Assembly (NCBI GenBank): GCA_032718475.1
Contig: JAUCBJ010001154.1
Span: forward strand, 62,001-126,000
Direction: 5' to 3'
Length of the DNA stretch: 64,000 nt
From: Nemertoderma westbladi
Lineage: Eukaryota > Animalia > Xenacoelomorpha
The notes beneath the pieces were generated by a model. That model ran no database searches. It was not told where the DNA came from and saw only the letters and a program-made list of their open reading frames with translations. This document shows, piece by piece, positions 1-13,799 of the stretch (the first letter of the stretch is position 1; each line of letters opens with the position of its first letter). The position numbers and the translations under genes are program-made.

Positions 1-3000
1 TACCAGCAGTTAGTGACACAATCTACACACCCAGCAGTTAGTGACACAATCACACGTACCCAACAGTTAGTGACACAATCACACGTACCCAATAGTTAAT
101 TACACAATCTACACACCCAGCAGTTAGTGACATAATCACAAGTACCCAACAGTTAATGACATAATCTACACACCCAGCAGTTAGTGACACAATTACAAGT
201 ACCAGCAGTTAGTGACACAATCTACACACCCAGCAGTTAGTGACACAATCACACGTACCCAACAGTTAGTGACACAATCACACGTACCCAATAGTTAATG
301 ACATAATCTACACACCCATCAGTTAGTGACACAATCACAAGTACCCAATAGTTAGTGACACAATTACACGTACCCAATAGTTAGTGACACAATCACAAGT
401 ACCCAGCAGTTAGTGGCACAATTACACGTACCCAATAGTTAGTGACACAATCACAAGTACCAACAGTTAGTGACACAATCACACGTACCCAACAGTTAGT
501 GACACAATCACAAGTACCCAGCAGTTAGTGGCACAATTACACGTACCCAATAGTTAGTGACACAATCACAAGTACCAACAGTTAGTGACACAATCACACG
601 TACCCAACAGTTAGTGACACAATCACAAGTACCCAGCAGTTAGTGACACAATTACACGTACCCAATAGTTAGTGACACAATCACAAGTACCAACAGTTAG
701 TGACACAATCACACGTACCCAATAGTTAGTGACACAATCACAAGTACCCAACAGTTAGTGACACAATCACAAGTACCCAGCAGTTAGTGACACAATTACA
801 CGTACCCAATTGTTAGTGACACAATCACAAGTACCAACAGTTAGTGACACAATCACACGTACCCAACAGTTAGTGACACAATCACACGTACCCAATAGTT
901 AATGACACAATCTACACACCCATCAGTTAGTGCCACAATCACAAGTACCCAGCAGTTAGTGACACAATTACACGTACCCAATAGTTAGTGACACAATCAC
1001 AAGTACCAACAGTTAGTGACACAATCACACGTACCCAACAGTTAGTGACACAATCACACGTACCCAACAGTTAATGACATAATCTACACACCCATCAGTT
1101 AGTGACACAATCACACGTACCCAATAGTTAGTGACACAATAACAAGTACCAACAGTTAGTGACACAATCACACGTACCCAACAGTTAATGACATAATCTA
1201 CACACCCATCAGTTAGTGACACAATCACACGTACCCAATAGTTAGTGACACAATAACAAGTACCAACAGTTAGTGATACAATCACACGTATCCAACAGTT
1301 AGTGACACAATCACACGTACCCAGCAGTTAGTGACACAATCACACGTACCAGCAGTTAGTGACACAATCACACGTACCCAACAGTTAATGACATAATCTA
1401 CACACCCATCAGTTAGTGACACAATCACAAGTACCCAACAGTTAATGACATAATCTACACACCCATCAGTTAGTGACACAATCACAAGTTCCAACAGTTA
1501 GTGACACAATCACACGTACCCAACAGTTAGTGACACAATCACACGTACGCAGCAGTTAGTGACACAATCACACGTACCAGCAGTTAGTGACACAATCACA
1601 CGTACCCAACAGTTAATGACATAATCTACACACCCATCAGTTAGTGACACAATCACACGTACCCAATAGTTAGTGACACAATCACAAGTACCAACAGTTA
1701 GTGACACAATCACACGTACCCAACAGTTAGTGACACAATCACACGTACCCAGCCGTTAGTGACACAATCACACGTACCAACAGTTAGTGACACAATCACA
1801 CGTACCCAGCAGTTAGTGACACAATCACACGTACCAGCAGTTAGTGACACAATCACACGTACCCAACAGTTAATGACATAATCTACACACCCATCAGTTA
1901 GTGACACAATCACACGTACCCAATAGTTAGTGACACAATCACAAGTACCAACAGTTAGTGACACAATCACACGTACCCAACAGTTAGTGACGCAATCACA
2001 CGTACCCAGAAGTTGGTGACACAATCACACGTACCCAATAGTTAATGACACAATCACACATTTCCAGCAGTTAGTGACACAATCACACATTTCCAGCAGT
2101 TAGTTACTCAATCACAAGTACCAATCAGTTAGTGACACAATCACAAGTACCAACAGTTAGTGACACAATCACAAGTACCAACAGTTAGTGACACAATCAC
2201 ACATTTCCAGCAGTTAGTGACACAATCACACGTACCAGCAGTTAGTGACACAATCACACGTACCCAACAGTTAGTGACACAATTACACGTACCCAACAGT
2301 TAGAGACACAATCACACGTACCCAACAGTTAGTGACACAATCACACGTACCCAATAGTTAGTGACACAATCACACGTACCCAACAGTTAGTGACACAATC
2401 GCACGTACCCAATAGTTAGTGACACAATCACACGTACCCAATAGTTAATGACACAATCTACACACCCATCAGTTAGTGACACAATCACAAGTACCCAGCA
2501 GTTAGTGACACAATTACACGTACCCAATAGTTAGTGACACAATCACAAGTACCAACAGTTAGTGACACAATCACACGTACCCAACAGTTAGTGACACAAT
2601 CACACGTACCCAATAGTTAATGACACAATCACACGTACCCAACAGTTAATGACATAATCTACACACCCAGCAGTTAGTGACACAATCACAAGTACCCAAC
2701 AGTTAGTGACACAATCACACGTACCCAATAGTTAGTGACACAATCAAAAGTACCAACAGTTAGTGACACAATTACACGTACCCAACAGTTAGTGACACAA
2801 TTACAAGTACCAATCAGTTAGTGACACAATCACAAGTACCAACAGTTAGTGACACAATCACACGTACCCAACAGTTAGTGACACAATCACACGTACCCAA
2901 TAGTTAATGACACAATCTACACACCCATCAGTTAGTGACACAATCACAAGTACCCAGCAGTTAGTGACACAATTACACGTACCCAATAGTTAGTGACACA

Positions 3001-5345
3001 ATCACAAGTACCAACAGTTAGTGACACAATCACACGTACCCAACAGTTAGTGACACAATCACACGTACCCAACAGTTAATGACATAATCTACACACCCAT
3101 CAGTTAGTGACACAATCACACGTACCCAATAGTTAATTACACAATCTACACACCCATCAGTTAGTGACACAATCACAAGTACCCAACAGTTAGTGACACA
3201 ATCACACGTACCCAATAGTTAGTGACACAATCAAAAGTACCAACAGTTAGTGACACAATTACACGTACCCAACAGTTAGTGACACAATTACAAGTACCAA
3301 TCAGTTAGTGACACAATCACAAGTACCAACAGTTAGTGACACAATCACACGTACCCAACAGTTAGTGACACAATCACACGTACCCAATAGTTAATGACAC
3401 AATCTACACACCCATCAGTTAGTGACACAATCACAAGTACCCAGCAGTTAGTGACACAATTACACGTACCCAATAGTTAGTGACACAATCACAAGTACCA
3501 ACAGTTAGTGACACAATCACACGTACCCAACAGTTAGTGACACAATCACACGTACCCAACAGTTAATGACATAATCTACACACCCATCAGTTAGTGACAC
3601 AATCACACGTACCCAATAGTTAGTGACACAATAACAAGTACCAACAGTTAGTGACACAATCACACGTATCCAACAGTTAGTGACACAATCACACGTACCC
3701 AGCAGTTAGTGACACAATCACACGTACCAGCAGTTAGTGACACAATCACACGTACCCAACAGTTAATGACATAATCTACACACCCATCAGTTAGTGACAC
3801 AATCACAAGTACCCAACAGTTAATGACATAATCTACACACCCATCAGTTAGTGACACAATCACAAGTTCCAACAGTTAGTGACACAATCACACGTACCCA
3901 ACAGTTAGTGACACAATCACACTTACGCAGCAGTTAGTGACACAATCACACGTACCAGCAGTTAGTGACACAATCACACGTACCCAACAGTTAATGACAT
4001 AATCTACACACCCATCAGTTAGTGACACAATCACACGTACCCAATAGTTAGTGACACAATCACAAGTACCAACAGTTAGTGACACAATCACACGTACCCA
4101 ACAGTTAGTGACACAATCACACGTACCCAGCCGTTAGTGACACAATCACACGTACCAACAGTTAGTGACACAATCACACGTACCCAACAGTTAGTGACAC
4201 AATCACACGTACCCAGCAGTTAGTGACACAATCACACGTACCAGCAGTTAGTGACACAATCACACGTACCCAACAGTTAATGACATAATCTACACACCCA
4301 TCAGTTAGTGACACAATCACACGTACCCAATAGTTAGTGACACAATCACAAGTACCAACAGTTAGTGACACAATCACACGTACCCAACAGTTAGTGACAC
4401 AATCACACGTACCCAGCAGTTGGTGACACAATCACACGTACCAGCAGTTAGTGACACAATCACACGTACCCAACAGTTAATGACATAATCTACACACCCA
4501 GCAGTTAGTGACACAATCACAAGTACCCAACAGTTAATGACATAATCTACACACCCAGCAGTTAGTGACACAATTACACGTACCCAACAGTTAGTGACAC
4601 AATCTACACACCCATCAGTTAGTGACATAATCACAAGTACCCAGCAGGTAGTGACACAATCACAAGTACCCAACAGTTAATGACATAATCTACACACCCA
4701 GCAGTTAGTGACACAATCACAAGTACCCAACAGTTAATGACATAATCTACACACCCATCAGTTAGTGACACAATCACAAGTACCCAGCAGTTAGTGACAC
4801 AATCACAAGTACCCAACAGTTAATGACATAATCTACACACCCAGCAGTTAGTGACACAATCACAAGTACCCAACAGTTAATGACATAATCTACACACCCA
4901 GCAGTTAGTGACACAATTACACGTACCCAACAGTTAGTGACACAATCACACGTACCCAGCAGTTAGTGACACAATTACACGTACCCAATAGTTAGTGACA
5001 CAATCACAAGTACCAACAGTTAGTGACACAATCACACGTACCCAATAGTTAGTGACACAATTACACGTACCCAATAGTTAATGACACAATCTACACACCC
5101 ATCAGTTAGTGACATAATCACAAGTACCAACAGTTAGTGACACAATCACAAGTACCCAGCAGTTAGTGGCACAATTACACGTACCCAATAGTTAGTGACA
5201 CAATCACAAGTACCAACAGTTAGTGACACAATCTACACACCCAGCAGTTAATGACACAATCTACACACCCATCAGTTAGTGACATAATCACAAGTACCCA
5301 GCAGTTAGTGACAAAATCACAAGTATCGAGCACTTAGTAACACAA
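1..5345. repeat. Satellite array of 28-29 bp units (consensus CAGTTAGTGACACAATCACACGTACCCAA), runs off the left edge
   Basis: Continuous tandem units with several recurring variants; the overlapping ORFs are repeat translations. Confidence 0.97.
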
Positions 5346-5414
5346 TATTCCGTATCAACCACCCTGACCAGAATCAGAATTTTGTTGCGAAACTTTATCT
5401 AATCTATCTTCCAG

Positions 5415-5737
5415 ATCGGAGTCCTATAGAACTGTTTTCCCGCCGTTACGATGTTCCCACCCAACGCAACTCGTCTACGCTCCCTCAGTCCCAGAGTTGT
5501 CTACTCCCCAGCACGTCTAACAACAACCCCATAGTGTTCGTCGGCGACAATCGATTCCGCTCGCTCTCCCCACCGATACAATCCGTGCGACACGGCGACC
5601 CCAACCGAACTCGGAAGTTGGTACAGTATAGGAATCAGCAGTCGGCGAGTCCGTTAACTTACTACCAGGGACTGCTGACGACTCCCGCTGCAGTCGCTGC
5701 TCCTAGGAGCAGTAGGGAAAATGATTCCACCGTGTGA
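5415..5737 (+). CDS. Probable terminal coding exon of a gene starting left of the window; ends ...RENDSTV*
   Basis: Acceptor TCTATCTTCCAG ending at 5414, then about 107 open codons, GC-richer than the flanks, with a class I PDZ-binding-type C-terminus. No family recognised. Confidence 0.5.
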
Positions 5738-5934
5738 TATTATCATTCAGTTCCCATATGTGGTGCTTTTACTCCAAGAGTTACTCCAAGACTGTGGTTG
5801 GAGTGCCATTAATTTCCTGGCGTTCTTGAAGACAACATAAGATGCCGCCCTGTCTATCATTAATTTTGCGGCAATTAATGTATTGCTGTGCCCTAATGAT
5901 TAACGGTAAATAGATACCGGAGTACATTCAATAA

Positions 5935-6320
5935 TAAGGCAACGATTTTGAATATTTCGTCGGCGAAATTTGCGAACTTCCCTTGTATGTGGCTGCCATT
6001 TTTGTACTAGAGTAGCTTGTTTTACAGTAAATATGAGTTTCGTGTTCACCTTACCCAATCTCCTTACCTTACCTTACCTAACCTTAATTCACCTTACCAA
6101 GTCTCGATTTTCGCGAACGTTTTTGTGGTTATATATCCTAAATTAATACAAGGCGTTGTAGTTATAGAACGCATTGATGCAATATACATTTTTGTTCGCA
6201 AAACTAAAAACTTTTTTTAATTCAAAATAGTTAACACAATCTAGAACATCTAAAAAATATTTTTCAATCATTATCTGATATCGCGAATTTCGTCGAAGAA
6301 ATTTCAAAATGGTTGCCTTA
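5935..6320. mobile_element. MITE with about 40-bp imperfect TIRs
   Basis: TAAGGCAACGATTTTGAATATTTCGTCGGCGAAATTTGCGA at left; near reverse complement ending ...CAAAATGGTTGCCTTA at right. Confidence 0.75.
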
Positions 6321-6770
6321 CTCTAGAAGTACTGTAGTAGTGTACCGTAGTAGCAATACCGGGATAAAGATTAGTGGTTGGCACTTTCTACCACTAAAAA
6401 CTAAAATATTCCCTATCCCAAAGTGATAAAACCCGTGAACGGCTGAAGTCATAGTGAACTGATTTTGTGGAAACTGGATTGTTATTTATTGTTGTTATTA
6501 ATTATTATTATTTACAAATTATTTGTTGTTCTAGAATATGTGGCGTTCAATATATCAAACTTTCTTAATGTTTTTATCATAATATAATGTATACAGTATA
6601 ATTTATCATTTATACGCTGATGACACTCGGATATATATATAATTTTCAAAAGTAACGAAATATCAAATGAGGTGGAAAGTGTCTCGCTGATATCCGCATC
6701 TGGGTGACTGTATACTTTCTGAAAGGAAATAACGACAAGACTTATATCCTACTGCTCAAAATCGGGTCAA

Positions 6771-8691
6771 TGTGAAATCAACCCAGATCGGCAACGACAA
6801 TATTGCATGTAGTTTCTCTGTGAAATCAACCCAGATCGGCAACGACAATATTGCATGTAGTTTCTCTGTGAAATCAACCCAGATCGGCAACGACAATATT
6901 GCATGTAGTTTCTCTGTGAAATCAACCCCGATCGGCAACGACAATATTGCATGTAGTTTCTCTGTGAAATCAACCCAGATCGGCAACGACAATATTGCAT
7001 GTAGTTTCTCTGTGAAATCAACCCCGATCGGCAACGACAATATTGCATGTAGTTTCTCTGTGAACTCAACCCAGATCGGCAACGACAATATTGCATGTAG
7101 TTTCTCTGTGAAATCAACCCCGATCGGCAACGACAATATTGCATGTAGTTTCTCTGTGAAATCAACCCAGATCGGCAACGACAATATTGCATGTAGTTTC
7201 TCTGTGAAATCAACCCCGATCGGCAACGACAATATTGCATGTAGTTTCTCTGTGAAATCAACCCAGATCGGCAACGACAATATTGCATGTAGTTTCTCTG
7301 TGAAATCAACCCAGATCGGCAACGACAATATTGCATGTAGTTTCTCTGTGAAATCAACCCAGATCGGCAACGACAATATTGCATGTAGTTTCTCTGTGAA
7401 ATCAACCCAGATCGGCAACGACAATATTGCATGTAGTTTCTCTGTGAAATCAACCCCGATCGGCAACGACAATATTGCATGTAGTTTCTCTGTGAAATCA
7501 ACCCAGATCGGCAACGACAATATTGCATGTAGTTTCTCTGTGAAATCAACCCAGATCGGCAACGACAATATTGCATGTAGTTTCTCTGTGAAATCAACCC
7601 AGATCGGCAACGACAATATTGCATGTAGTTTCTCTGTGAAATCAACCCAGATCGGCAACGACAATATTGCATGTAGTTTCTCTGTGAAATCAACCCAGAT
7701 CGGCAACGACAATATTGCATGTAGTTTCTCTGTGAAATCAACCCAGATCGGCAACGACAATATTGCATGTAGTTTCTCTGTGAAATCAACCCAGATCGGC
7801 AACGACAATATTGCATGTAGTTTCTCTGTGAACTCAACCCAGATCGGCAACGACAATATTGCATGTAGTTTCTCTGTGAAATCAACCCAGATCGGCAACG
7901 ACAATATTGCATGTAGTTTCTCTGTGAAATCAACCCAGATCGGCAACGACAATATTGCATGTAGTTTCTCTGTGAACTCAACCCAGATCGGCAACGACAA
8001 TATTGCATGTGTTTCTCTGTGAAATCAACCCCGATCGGCAACGACAATATTGCATGTAGTTTCTCTGTGAACTCAACCCAGATCGGCAACGACAATATTG
8101 CATGTAGTTTCTCTGTGAAATCAACCCCGATCGGCAACGACAATATTGCATGTAGTTTCTCTGTGAAATCAACCCCGATCGGCAACGACAATATTGCATG
8201 TAGTTTCTCTGTGAAATCAACCCAGATCGGCAACGACAATATTGCATGTAGTTTCTCTGTGAAATCAACCCCGATCGGCAACGACAATATTGCATGTAGT
8301 TTCTCTGTGAAATCAACCCAGATCGGCAACGACAATATTGCATGTAGTTTCTCTGTGAAATCAACCCCGATCGGCAACGACAATATTGCATGTAGTTTCT
8401 CTGTGAACTCAACCCAGATCGGCAACGACAATATTGCATGTAGTTTCTCTGTGAAATCAACCCCGATCGGCAACGACAATATTGCATGTAGTTTCTCTGT
8501 GAACTCAACCCAGATCGGCAACGACAATATTGCATGTAGTTTCTCTGTGAAATCAACCCCGATCGGCAACGACAATATTGCATGTAGTTTCTCTGTGAAC
8601 TCAACCCAGATCGGCAACGACAATATTGCATGTAGTTTCTCTGTGAAATCAACCCCGATCGGCAACGACAATATTGCATGTAGTTTCTCTG
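6771..8691. repeat. 48-bp minisatellite, about 40 near-identical copies
   Basis: Unit TGTGAAATCAACCCAGATCGGCAACGACAATATTGCATGTAGTTTCTC; two recurring SNPs and one 1-bp deletion near 8011. Confidence 0.98.
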
Positions 8692-9297
8692 CAAAGAATA
8701 TCCGATTAATTATGTATGGATTCTTGAAAATCTTAAAAAACTGTTTGGTTGTTAGAGAATCTTTCTTCGAAGCACTTATAAAACGTTACCTAAGCAAAGA
8801 TTCACTTCAGATATTAATACATTGCTTTATTATAAACAATCTAGATATGACAAGAAATGAGCCTAGCGGCCCGTCAAAGAACCGCCTGATCAAACAAGAT
8901 CAACTAAAATACAGTTAGTTATCGGTTTAGGTTATTTTATTTGCATTCTAGAACCACAGGCCAAAATAAAACTAGCTAGACTAGCCCCACCTACCTTTAT
9001 TAAAAATTATTACAAATTGTTATGAATATTTGGCGGTCTTTTTACAGCCCTCGCTATGTTTTAGTACTCATTAAACAGAAAATGATCAAAGCCTATGGCG
9101 CAATTGGAGCCCTAAAACATTTCCACTTGCTTTCAGTCTAAACCGGTTTAAATATATTTAAAATTCAAATAGCTCCATAATTAATTACTCACATACTACC
9201 TGTAATTGGCCTTTTCCTAAGTTAAAAGAAATTGACAAAGTAAAATCTATATTTATTAAACGCATGCTGGGTTATAGATAGGCTACTTCATCCACCG

Positions 9298-9705
9298 CAC
9301 TACTAGGATCGGCATGCTGCATTTTTAAGAATGCTGTGCCGGCTTGTCGACAAAATTGCGCCGCCACAACTCCCTATCACCCATGACATTTGATAGATCA
9401 TCCGCATCTTCAAGGCCAGTGTTCTTTAAGATGCGTCTCAAGAAAGTCATGGGTTGTCCACCATGCTTATTCACTCCATGAGGCTGCCAAAGTACAAGAT
9501 TATGCACTGGCTGGTCCTCACGGCGAAAGCAATGTCCTGCAAAGCGGAGGCGACTTTGTTCTAGTGTCAAGCTTGCGGGAACCAATGAGACACCTCCAAT
9601 GTTATATAGTGTCTGGTTGGAGATATGTGCATTGAACTTGACACAATGAACCCGGCGTAGCATTCTTGTGAATGTGCCATCCAAAGATTTGGTGTCCTCA
9701 GCAGT
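9298..9705 (-). mobile_element. 5'-truncated LINE (RTE-like) 3' fragment, family A
   Basis: Translation LDGTFTRMLRRV...RLRFAGHCFR...LWQP resembles an RTE-type ORF C-terminus; near-identical to copies at 24.7, 58.1 and 63.2 kb. Confidence 0.85.
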
Positions 9706-10126
9706 TAGTTAGTTAGTTATTGAATTTAATTGAATTGGGATTGAATTGTCATACGGTATATTTCACTGTATTGTTTGTTTAGATTTTGAGTGATCCACAT
9801 ATTTTTGTTTTTTTAAGTATATTTTTTTTATGAATTCCTCGTTATGTTGTTCTATCATTGCAATGAAAGATGTTAAAACAATGCGGGCTAATATAACAAC
9901 TAAGTTATTAAATTTCTGAATTATCACTGCGGAAATTCGTTCTCCATTTAATCTGAGAACCCATTGAATAACGATGTCATGACGCAAGTTGGTGTTTTCT
10001 GGCTACCAAATCTTAATTGTAAAACTTCTTAATAGTCTCTCCTGTACACACGCTAGAATGACAAACCATCCACCATCTGACAAGCCACCCTAGTCGAGCG
10101 TGGCGTTGCGTGGTGGGGGTGGGGGA

Positions 10127-11653
10127 CTACGTTTCAACTAAGTTCCATTGCATAAGCACTGCATCAGGGCCGCCTACGGTAATGAGCTTGGAACCCCGAA
10201 GGAAACGAACATTAGTAACGTTCCCGCTGGTGAGTTTAGTTTCGAAGAACTGAGCGCGCCGACTGGCGCACGGGTAGCGGTAGATCCGTAGGTATCCCTG
10301 CGTGTCCCCAACCGTTAGCACGTCCCGCTGCGGCTCGGCCCTATCGCAGCAGTTCACGTCGACGCCCAGCTGCAGTCCGGGCCATATCCCCGCGACGTGG
10401 TAGCCCAGTATGCAGGTGTGCGAGGCCCAATCAACGTCACGTGACTCTACCCCCCTCGCGATCTGTCGCAACTGCGCGGCGTCCCAGTAGTAAATCCTGT
10501 AGTCCCCGGTCACAGTCTGCATGTAGGAGTTGTTACCAGACCAGTCGATGTGCGTTACAAACGTGCTATGTCCGGTCAGCTGTCCGCTTTTACGGTACGA
10601 CGACCCGGCATCCTGCACCTCGAACAAATAAACATTGCAGTCGTGGCTGCTCGCAGCTAAAGCTCGCCCATCAGGACGGAAGGAAAGGCAGTCCAGTTGC
10701 TCTATTCCGATCTGGTAGCTTGCCATGTGGATGCCAGAGACGGCGTTGAGAACGATAATTCGTCCCACGGTCGTTCCCAAAGCAATGCTTTTACCTTGTG
10801 GATGAAATGACGCTGTTAGACACGGCTTCTCCACCATTGCTTTCCAGATAGGTTTGCGTGAGTCGAAATCCCACAAGATAGCCTGCAGATCATACCCGGC
10901 CGTCATAAACTTGGCCTCTGTGGGATGCACGCACAAAGCCCACACATCCTGCGTGTGTCCTTGCACCGTGTATCGAAACTTTGTTTGCATAGATCCCTCT
11001 AGAATGGCGTTATGAGTCGTCCCGATGTATATTGAACCATCGAGACCGCCGTCTCGACCCGCCACGATCGTTCGAATCCCTCCGGCGGTCTCCGGCAATG
11101 TCCGACCCGACATGGCGCTGGTGAAACCACCCGTGGAGTCCCACGCTATAATCCGCCTGTCGTAACCGCCCCCCGATAGCAGGGTGCCGTCGTCCAACAC
11201 ACATAGAGAGTATAGAGCCTGCTCGTGAGCGTGTTGGATGCGGTGTTTAACTCGGTAGGCGTTGATGTTATCGCAGGACCACACTGTAATAGATCCTGAC
11301 GAGTCCCCCGTTATTAAACTCTCGTCTGCGGTGAACGCTATGCTCGTTATGTAATCGGGAACATCTGTCCCGAATATGCCGCTCTTTTTATCTCGTAAAA
11401 GTTTGCCATCGAGGAGTTTCCAGAAGTATAAATGTTGTTTCCCTGCAGTAATTATTGTTCTCTCGTCGTACGGCTGGAAAGCCCCAAGAACCACCGTCTC
11501 TGGGTGAGTTTTCGACCGCGCTAACAATCGTTCTTCGTCCCAACTCCATAGTAACAATGAGTGGTCGCCCTCCCCATCAATAGCTAGTAGCCAATCACCG
11601 CGGTTGGATTGTTTCGAGAACATTGCTACTGCGACATCTCCTGTAAACATGTC
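10127..11653 (-). CDS. DCX-EMAP-like protein, exon 3 (WD40 repeats of the EML TAPE domain, stop codon)
   Basis: Acceptor TTTTATCCGCAG, phase 0, joining ILGM|DMFTGDV; EML motifs GHSTFVTHIDWS, YRYPC, VTNVRF. Confidence 0.93.
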   Translation of the reverse strand, partial: DMFTGDVAVAMFSKQSNRGDWLLAIDGEGDHSLLLWSWDEERLLARSKTHPETVVLGAFQPYDERTIITAGKQHLYFWKLLDGKLLRDKKSGIFGTDVPDYITSIAFTADESLITGDSSGSITVWSCDNINAYRVKHRIQHAHEQALYSLCVLDDGTLLSGGGYDRRIIAWDSTGGFTSAMSGRTLPETAGGIRTIVAGRDGGLDGSIYIGTTHNAILEGSMQTKFRYTVQGHTQDVWALCVHPTEAKFMTAGYDLQAILWDFDSRKPIWKAMVEKPCLTASFHPQGKSIALGTTVGRIIVLNAVSGIHMASYQIGIEQLDCLSFRPDGRALAASSHDCNVYLFEVQDAGSSYRKSGQLTGHSTFVTHIDWSGNNSYMQTVTGDYRIYYWDAAQLRQIARGVESRDVDWASHTCILGYHVAGIWPGLQLGVDVNCCDRAEPQRDVLTVGDTQGYLRIYRYPCASRRAQFFETKLTSGNVTNVRFLRGSKLITVGGPDAVLMQWNLVET

Positions 11654-11873
11654 CTGCGGATAAAAGAACAATTATTTTAAACAATTAAACTACCATTTTA
11701 ATATACCCACCCACCTTTACACTGTATTGTATTTCAATTTCTTGTCTTCTTTCCGATTGATCTTTTGCATATTTTTTTAATTAGTCAAATTTCAATATTA
11801 TTCTTATCTATTGTATAATATAATTGTATAATAAGTTGTATCCACACTTATTTCATTTAGGCCATAAAATAGT

Positions 11874-11975
11874 TGTGGGGCGAGCCACGAAGTTGGCGGA
11901 GCCTTAGCGAATTGACACTGTTAGAGGGTGGGTCAATTTATGCAAATAGTTGTCGTCGTCGTCGTCGTCGTCGTT

Positions 11976-12014
<39 letters not shown>

Positions 12015-12884
12015 GTCGTCGTTACGATTTTGACATGCTAATAACTTTGTCGGATTTAAAGCTGCCAAGTTGAAAATTTGTAGGTATCAATATGAGCAAA
12101 AGTTGAGATTTTTGAGAGACTTTCAGACACCATCAGTGCAATGGTCTCCCGCTAGAGGGCCACATGTCTAAACATTAAATGCCCTCCCATTTCTTTGCTT
12201 TTAATCCGTTTAAGCTGAAACTTGGCAGATATGTATTAGACCATTAGCTGTGACTTTCAAAGGAGGCGAATCCATCTGCAGTTCTCCAGTCTGCCGCTAG
12301 AGGGCCAAATGTCTGAAAGTGAAATCGTTGTCGTCGTTATGATATTGACATGCTTATAACTTTGTCGAATTTAAAGCTGCCAAGTTGAAAATTTGTTTTG
12401 TTGAAAATCAGTTCAACAGTCACCCGCTATAGGACTACTTTATGCCTGAAAGTGAATAGATTCTCCCGTCTCATTGATTTTAATCAGTTTAAGCTGAATC
12501 TTGCCATATATTCTGGACCACATGCTGCGTCTTTGTGGGGGGGGGGGGGGGGGGGGGGGAGAGATTTAATCGGTCTGCCGCTATACGACGAAATTTCTGA
12601 AAGTGAGATCCGTCTCTCATTTCGTTATCCGTTATTCAAGATGAAACTTGGCCGATGTACGTATGTACTATTCATCCATAGGCTGTGTCTTTGTGGGGCT
12701 GGAGACCCTAATCCATCTTCAGTTCTCACTATACCGCTAGAGTCAGAAATGTCTGAATAGAAATGAAAGAGGTAAAAAGTGATTAGGCGAAATCTGCTTA
12801 AAATTTGCTAATACAGTAATACTTTCGAATTAGTACTTAAATTAAATTTAAGTCACGTGCTGCGCGAAGGCCCCACTTCGTGTA
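11874..12884 (+). mobile_element. Non-autonomous DINE-1/Helentron-like element in DCX-EMAP intron 2
   Basis: Starts TGTGGGGCGAGCCACG, has a (CGT)n microsatellite and diverged internal repeats (CCGCTAGAGGGC...), and ends CGTGCTGCGCGAAGGCCCCAC..CGTGT; termini shared with 21081-21719. Confidence 0.6.
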
Positions 12885-13799
12885 ACTTATACAGGTAAAT
12901 CAAATCTTTCAGTTTGCCTCTACCAACCATACATCATTCATTACTTTACCGGGACTTTTCTATTGTTAATGTTATCTTATTTTTAATAAGATTATTAGTT
13001 ATTAAAAGAATTACACGCACAAATGTAACAAACTTTATTGCTCGCGAACTCTGTCATCTATATTACCGGTAATTCAAATTTGAAAGAGATTTTCACTAAA
13101 TTAATGTCAAAATTACTAAAAATAATCACTCACACTAAATAATTTATTAATCATTAAAAAACATTGTAAATCCACTAAAATTAATGATTTATCACTAAAG
13201 ACAATCATTTATTCACTAAATATAATCATTATTATTTATTAAATAAAATATTTACAATCACTACATCATCACACCAAATACCATCATATTGTTAGGCCCG
13301 CTACTTGAATTGTCTTGGTTGTTTCATTGTGTCACGATAAGTTCCTTGGGGTAGTACGACCTGCCGCTCAGGTTCCACCGCGATATGTCACCAGGGGCGA
13401 AAGGTTCCTGCTGAAGTATTAGATTCCTTAGAAGAAAGGATCACGTTTGTAGAGGAGCAGGATACAGAGGCAGCGATAGGGGAACCAAACCAATAAACGA
13501 AAGTTAACGTGCAGGTTAGTAAAGAGTTACAATTAGGAAAAGATTTAACTAGGTTTAAAAAGGTTAAAAAAAAAAGGTTTAACTTTAAAGGGTAGAAATT
13601 ACGTCCGTTAGGTTCTGCAGCGTTAGTTCCTTCGATTTTCAGGGAAAGGAACAGATTACAGTGACATGTTATTCTAACAAAACAATAAATGAAAGTCATT
13701 AAATCGTTTTCTAGAATTCAGTTGTAAATCAGTTGTAAATAAAAATACAACATGCTACAAAATATTTATAATACAAATACACGCAGGACCTAATGGGAG

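Noticed and set aside
6616-6662. CTGATGA...CGAAA as another hammerhead
   Set aside because: No stem II or stem I/III pairing found; the same holds for CTGATGA near 63776.
1-8691. CRISPR-like appearance of the 28-29 bp and 48-bp arrays
   Set aside because: Units are contiguous with no unique spacers, no cas genes are present, and the context is eukaryotic.
1025-8918. Long repetitive ORFs in the two arrays (up to 634 aa)
   Set aside because: By-products of tandem periodicity; open on both strands and broken by indels.
11873-12073. Poly-Arg protamine-like ORF
   Set aside because: Translation of a (CGT)n microsatellite inside a mobile element.
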